The position numbers were made by a program, and so were the translations under genes. Below are positions 57,801 to 64,000 of a stretch of 64,000 bases of DNA, piece after piece (positions within the stretch are counted from its first letter, which is position 1; each line of letters opens with the position of its first letter). Under the pieces are notes generated by a model. The model worked only from the letters and a program-made list of their open reading frames with translations, did no database searches and was not told where the DNA came from. Source of the DNA: Piromyces finnis finn (Eukaryota; Fungi; Neocallimastigomycota); the NCBI GenBank assembly GCA_002104945.1, contig MCFH01000035.1:372001-436000 (forward strand), in the 5' to 3' direction.

Positions 57801-60800
57801 ATTGATTTTGATGATGAAATAAAGGGTAACTTTTTAAGTGGTTTTCTTTATTCAAACGTTCATACTACACCTTCTCTTGAAAATATAAAAAAATTTTTAC
57901 AAAGCGATTCGTTATCTGACAAAGAAAAGAACAACGGAGAGAATGAAATTAAGGTAGTTGCAAATCAACATAATTCTAATTTACAGGAACAAGAAATGAT
58001 TTCAATGGTACAAGATAAAGAGGTTGTAGTAGTTGAAACTAAAGAAAAACAACTTCAAAAAGAAAAGAAATCAAGTTTTCCATCAGAACCGGAACAAGAT
58101 CAAATTTCAAAAGAAAAAACAAATCATGATGACGCAAAGGTAATTACTAAAACTTCATTAACAGAGACTGAAGCCAATAAAGATTCTATTTCAAGTGAAC
58201 AACCTACAGAATCTAGTCCAACAGAAGTTACAGAAGTTTCTGTAACTGGAAAAGAGGCTTGTTTACCTAAGGAAGCTACACATTCAAGTCATCCATTACC
58301 TTCTATTCCAATTGCCCAGAAAAAAGAAATAGATGGACAAGCTGAATCTTTTGTTAAAAAGGAGGGTGATAAGAAGGAAATTGATAGTACAACCGTAAAC
58401 GAATTTAATACAGAAGCCAAGAAAGAATCATCTGAACCAGATGGTAATCCAAGTGATGAAAACAAACCAAAAGATGTATCTCTCTCTGAAAATGAATCTA
58501 ATTCAAGGGATGAAGACACATCAGAAAATGAATCTAAATCAAAAGATGAAGTCACATCGGATAAAGAAATAAAACCAGAAAATGAAAAGTTACAAGAAAC
58601 ATCAGAAAGAGAAAAATCAAGTAAAGAAGATTCTATCAGCAGTAATGATTCAATGAAAAGAATTGAAGTTATTTTGAAAAAGAATAGTGATCGTGGAAAT
58701 AGAATTATTCTTCCTCAGTCTATTTCTGATATTAATAAGGAAAATAAAGATGAAAAACCATTTATTCCTAATAACACAGAAGTTAAACAATTAATTGATC
58801 GTGGTTTATCAAATTCATCTGATCATAATATTGACAATACTCAATTTTTCTGGTCTTCAGATGTTCAAGCTAATACTGAAGTCCATCCTTCCGAAATATG
58901 TAACCATACAAATAGTCTTCCAGAAAAATTACTTGGTACTATTCCTTCAAGAAAGAAGTCCTTTGCTGAAAGCGCCTATGTTATTACTCGAGATAGTATT
59001 AGTAATGATATTAATGGTAAACCGGTTATTGATCCAAAGAATTATATTCGTTATAGAAGAAGTCGTGTTATTTGGGAACACTATAATAATTCATATTTAA
59101 AGCATCGTATGATGTCTTGGTCATCCACTGCTATTATTCGTTCAAAAACCATTGGATCTTGCTATATCAAACCTCAACATTCCACGAGTATAAGCTCCAG
59201 TAATAAAAAGAATATGCCAATTCGTTCTCATACCACAGAAGTAAAGTCAAATTTAGTAGGAAAAGGACCGGTTACTAACTATTATGAGTTCCTTACTCCT
59301 TCAATTGAAGCATTGAAAGAAGATAATGAAATGCTTACCAAGGTTGTTAATGACATGATTAAAAGTAAAGAATCTGAAAAGAATGATAAACAAGATTCTA
59401 CTATGAAGGAAGAAAAAGGAAAGAAAACTTCAATGATTAGTAATACTGAAGATAAGGAAGAAGAAAAAACAAAATATCCTTCCAAGGAAGGAAAATTGCA
59501 GACAAAGAAGGTTCAAATTAATGAAGATAATAATCAAGTCGTATCAACCACGACAACGGAGGAAATTATCCAACAATATATGCCTAATGATTCTTCCATT
59601 TCCTATTCTAAAACTATTTATGAAAATACTACCGAAGAGGATTTAGAAAGAATTGTTGAAGAAAACAGTAGAGCTAAACGCTCTGGTTGGGCTATTTGGT
59701 GGTCTATCTATGCATGCCAGGAAGATACCAATAATCGTCTTATGGAACAAAAACAAATTAATGAAAATGACAATAAGAACCTCTTAAGAAAAATAAGACG
59801 TTTTGGTAATAAGAGTAAAAAGAGCAAGAAACAAAAGAAGAAGAGAAATAGAAATAGTAATAATAAAAATAAAGATTCTGCTGTTGTAGTTCCTGTTGTA
59901 ACTAATTCCCCTCCTCCAAAAAAGAGTGAAAGAAAAGAATCCCTTTCTATCCCAAGACGTCAATCTTCTCTTTCCAACAGAAGACCAAAGGCACAAAAGA
60001 AAGAGGACATTCCATATACTCAAACACTAAAACCATCACCATTATTATCCCCACAATTGATTCCTGTTGATAAGATGAATAAAAAACCAAGAAGTAAATT
60101 AAATAGAGGTAGTATCATTAAAAACAAAGAAAATGAAGAGGATTATGGTTATTCATCTGATTCATCCTTTTCATCCTTATCTTCTGTATCTACTATTTCT
60201 TCTCTTTCTTCTCTCAATGAACATCTTCAGCTTTCTAATCAACAAGATCTTCTCCCAGTATCAAGTAATAATTCAAATGTGAAAGAAATTTTCCAAGATC
60301 AATTTTCAGAATTATCTGACATTGCCTCCTACCAAGGTAGTCCTCTTTTCTCTTCTGCCGATAAAGATATATCCAATTCACAAGAGTTTGATGCTATGGA
60401 AGATGTTTCATCACCATCTATTTCATCCTCACTTCCAGATGATTTTGTTCTCCCAACCGTATCTGAACCACAAGAGATATTTAATGAAAATAATATTCTT
60501 GATTCTGAAGAAAGAGAACTTTTAGTATCCTCGTCCTTCCAATTTGAAGAACTTCCAAACAATGTTACACCAATCTATGATCTTGCTGAAATAATTTCAA
60601 CCCCATCTGAATTAGCCTCTGCTCAGCCAATATTTGTTGAATCCTCAAGTAGTCCATCCCAAAAGGTATCTAATTTTGAATTAGAGAATGAAAAGTTTAA
60701 TGCTATTTCAAATGAGCTTTGTAAGCAAATGGAATCTATTTACAAACTCCAACTTTCTCTCCAACAACAATTTGAACAAATTTCTCTTCAACTTCAAGAA

Positions 60801-61736
60801 CGTCAAAGTGCCAATAAGACCATTCTTCAAGAAGAAATTGATGCTATCAAACAAGAAAATGAGTGGCGTCAAAATTGTGTTCAACAACAAAAATTGATTA
60901 AGCAAAAGCAATTAGAGCTACAAGATAAGCAACGTAAATTACAAATGGAGCAAGAATTACTTCAACAACGACAAATTCAACAACAAGAAATCTATCGTCA
61001 GGAACAACAACTTCAAATGCAAGAAATTCAACTTTCTCAATTAAAAATTCAACTTCAACTTCAGGAACAAATTAAGGAACAGCTTCAACGTCAACAACAA
61101 CTTCAACCAATGGAAACATCCATATCATCTTCTTCCTATTATAATGCCATGCCTTCTCCTAAGCCAGCTTACGAAGCATTAAATGATAAGCCTACTTCAA
61201 ATAATTTATTTGATAAGGAAATTTCCGAAATGTTTAAACAAAGTTCCTACAATCCATTCAATGATTATCAAACAATGGAAGAGGAGCAAGCTATTTCAGA
61301 TATTTCCAAGGAACGTATGGATATTAAGGATTTAATTCAAGATAATTATAGTAGTGATGAATCTGTCATTAATAGTGATTACTACAGTGACTTTACCTCC
61401 AATAGTGATTTTACTGATTATATCTATGATAGCACCACAGGTAGTGAATATTCTATTCATCATACTTTTAATGATCGTCTTCATATTTATAAACCAGAAG
61501 ATGATCTTCCCTATGCTCGTTTCAATCCATTAGTTGAAAAAGCTCTTTATCAATTATCCTGGAATAAGCTTACCAAAAATAGACGTTCTCTTCATCAACA
61601 AGTTATTATTCGTAACTTGATGATTTATTACTTTACCCTTAATATGGAAAATAGTCATCATTCACGTAAGAGTAGTATGCGTCGTAAAGTACCTCATATT
61701 AAAGGTGTCGGTAAAAAAAGATCCAGAACTAAATAA
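54890..61736 (+). CDS. ZDS1: Very large low-complexity protein with a C-terminal Zds_C domain (Zds1/Zds2-like PP2A-Cdc55 regulator), about 2225 aa
   Basis: The 6.6-kb ORF 55170-61736 stays open upstream to an acceptor at 55064-55065. A 7-nt coding exon ATGTCAG|GT (54890-54896) joins it in phase (MSEKHLKN...). The C-terminal YARFNPLVEKALYQLSWNKLTKNRRSLHQQVIIRNLMIYYFTLN (61512-61643) matches the recalled Zds_C pattern RFP..ERAIYRLSH.KL.NPRR.L..QVLLSNFMY.YL. Confidence 0.75.
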
Positions 61737-63348
61737 AATTACCGAAGCAATTTTTTTTTTCCTCTCCTCCTCCTCCTCCTCCAATGTTACCAATAAAAGC
61801 AATATACTAGTACTTAATAAAACAAAAACAAAACTAAACAAAAAAAAAAAAACCTATCAATAAAAACCAATTTTTTTTTAAAATTTTATTATTCATCCTT
61901 TTACTGTTATAAAGAAAAAAAAAAAAAAAGTATTTCTTGTATTATAAAAAAAATAAAAAAGTTTAAAACATTATCGTTTTTCAAAAAATAATTAAATAAA
62001 GCCAGCCATTAATAAAAATAAATCACCATCTTTATAATTTACTATGCTCTACAAAGTTATATACTAATTTTATGGTATACTCTTGAAGTATTAAATAATA
62101 TTTATTATTAAATATACTCTAGTATTCACTGACATTAACAATTCACTCACATTAACAATTTTCACTAGTATTTAAACTAGTATTATTTATTATTTAATTA
62201 ATTATAGTATAAAAAAAAGGTCATTAAAATGCTGTAACAAAAAAAAAATTTTTTTTATTCTTTTCAAATTTATCTATTGAATAATTATTATATTCATTTA
62301 TTTATACTATTAAATTTATTTATATTTATATTTATATATTTATTAATTTATTTTAAACTATTTTTTTAAAATGATTTTCTTTTCTAGATACTTTTTTTTT
62401 GATAAATAAATTCATCCTATAGCATATTAAATCTATTATACATATATTATACTAATATATATAATATATTAGTAATTATATAAAATAGCATGATCTAATT
62501 GATAAATAATATATCGTTATACTAATTAATTTTAAATGAACCATTCAATTCTATTTATTATATAATTTATTGATAATCTATTGATAAATATATTAATTAA
62601 TATAATAGAAAATATCCTGATTTTTTTTTTTTTTTTTTTACTTTTTCTATAATAATAATAATAAAAAAAAAACTTTTTCGAAATAATAATTAGAATAAAA
62701 ACTTTTTAAAAAAGTTTGACTTTTTTATTTTATTAAATTTCTAGTTTCATTCCTTGCTCTATTAAATAAATACAATTTAAAGTGGATGGAATTTTTCATT
62801 TTTTTCTTTAATTCCTCGTATGAAAAGTCAATAGAGTTTCAGATATTTTATAATAATAAAAAGGAAATGACATTTTTTTTTTTCCATTCCAAAGAAAATG
62901 TGGAATTTTTCATTTAAAAATTTTTATAATAAATAAAGTTATTATATATTATAAATCGACTATAATATATCAAATGAATTAAAATAATTGAAATTTAATT
63001 AAATTTTATATTAAAATTAAAAATTGAATTTTTTTTTTTTTTTTTTTGATTTCAAACTTTACAATTTTTTTTTTCTTTTTAAATTTAAAAAAAAAAAAAA
63101 AATAATTTTTAGAATGAATTAAGGAAGAAACCTTTTTTTTTTTTTACTTTTACTTTTAGGTTTCCTTTTATTAATAAGAATAAATATTTATTTTTATTTA
63201 TATCAATATTTATATTTAAAATTATAATTAAAAAAAAAAAAGGAATATTATTTAAAAAAAAAAAAGAGTTTGGGATAAAAAGGAAATTACACCTTTTATT
63301 ATAAAATCAAAATAAATAAAAAATAAATCAATACTTTTTTTTTTCTCT

Positions 63349-63383
<35 letters not shown>

Positions 63384-64000
63384 CATTATTTAATACAAAA
63401 TAAAAATATTACTTGGGATAATATTCGAGTAAACCAAAGAATAATCAAATTTCTAGAAAGAAATATCAATTGAAAAATAAAAAAAAAAAAACTATTCATA
63501 TTTAAGATATTATAGGTAAAACTTTTTTTTTTTTATATATATATATCAAAAGAAAAAAGGAACATTTATAAAGAATATTACAAAATAATGACATGAGCAT
63601 AGCAATAAAATAAAATAAAAAATAAAATAAAAAATAAAAAAAAAAATAATAAATATTATATTATAATTTTAATAAATTAAAATTAAAAAAATAGAGAAAT
63701 TTTCTATTTTTTACGTTTTCTTTTATTTTTTTTTTTATTATATTTTATATATATATATATATTATATAAAAATATTTATTTTTGACTTTTTTTAATTCTC
63801 TACAAAAAAAAAAAAAAAGTATAAATATATGTTATAGTATTATTAGTAAAAACATAAAAACTTTTTTGGGTGTTACAGAAAATTTTTAAAGTTAAAATAA
63901 AATGACCTTTTTTCTTTAGTAAATACTTTTTCGACTACTTTAAATTTGACTAATTCATTTGTTTAATATATATATATTTATTTATTAATAATAATATCAT

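Noticed and set aside
55555-60911. Many short alternative-frame and antisense ORFs within the Zds1-like exon
   Set aside because: Expected shadows of a long Ser-rich coding region, with no motifs of their own.

Overview
Extremely AT-rich, intron-containing eukaryotic DNA with long homopolymer runs and (AAT)n/(TAAA)n satellites. The gene set combines fungal markers (LYS1 of the alpha-aminoadipate pathway, a Zds_C protein, a YIL108W-type peptidase) with a flagellar gene (LRGUK), which points to a zoosporic fungus, most likely an anaerobic gut fungus (Neocallimastigomycota; inference). I rebuilt 11 protein-coding genes by hand from GT-AG junctions and frame continuity: a putative PP1 regulator, a Tgl2-like lipase, RPL12, LYS1, a metallopeptidase-jacalin protein, a Shank-like SPN-ankyrin protein, pantothenate kinase (12 exons, two micro-exons), CDC50, a CAMKK-family kinase, LRGUK and a giant Zds1-like protein. 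The most striking items are the Shank-like N-terminal module followed by PPxxF motifs, a complete tRNA-derived SINE-like insertion (TSD, B box, 3' stem-loop, poly-A) at 51231-51791, and a perfect 91-bp-arm hairpin downstream of CDC50. Homology calls rest on recalled family motifs; no database search was run.
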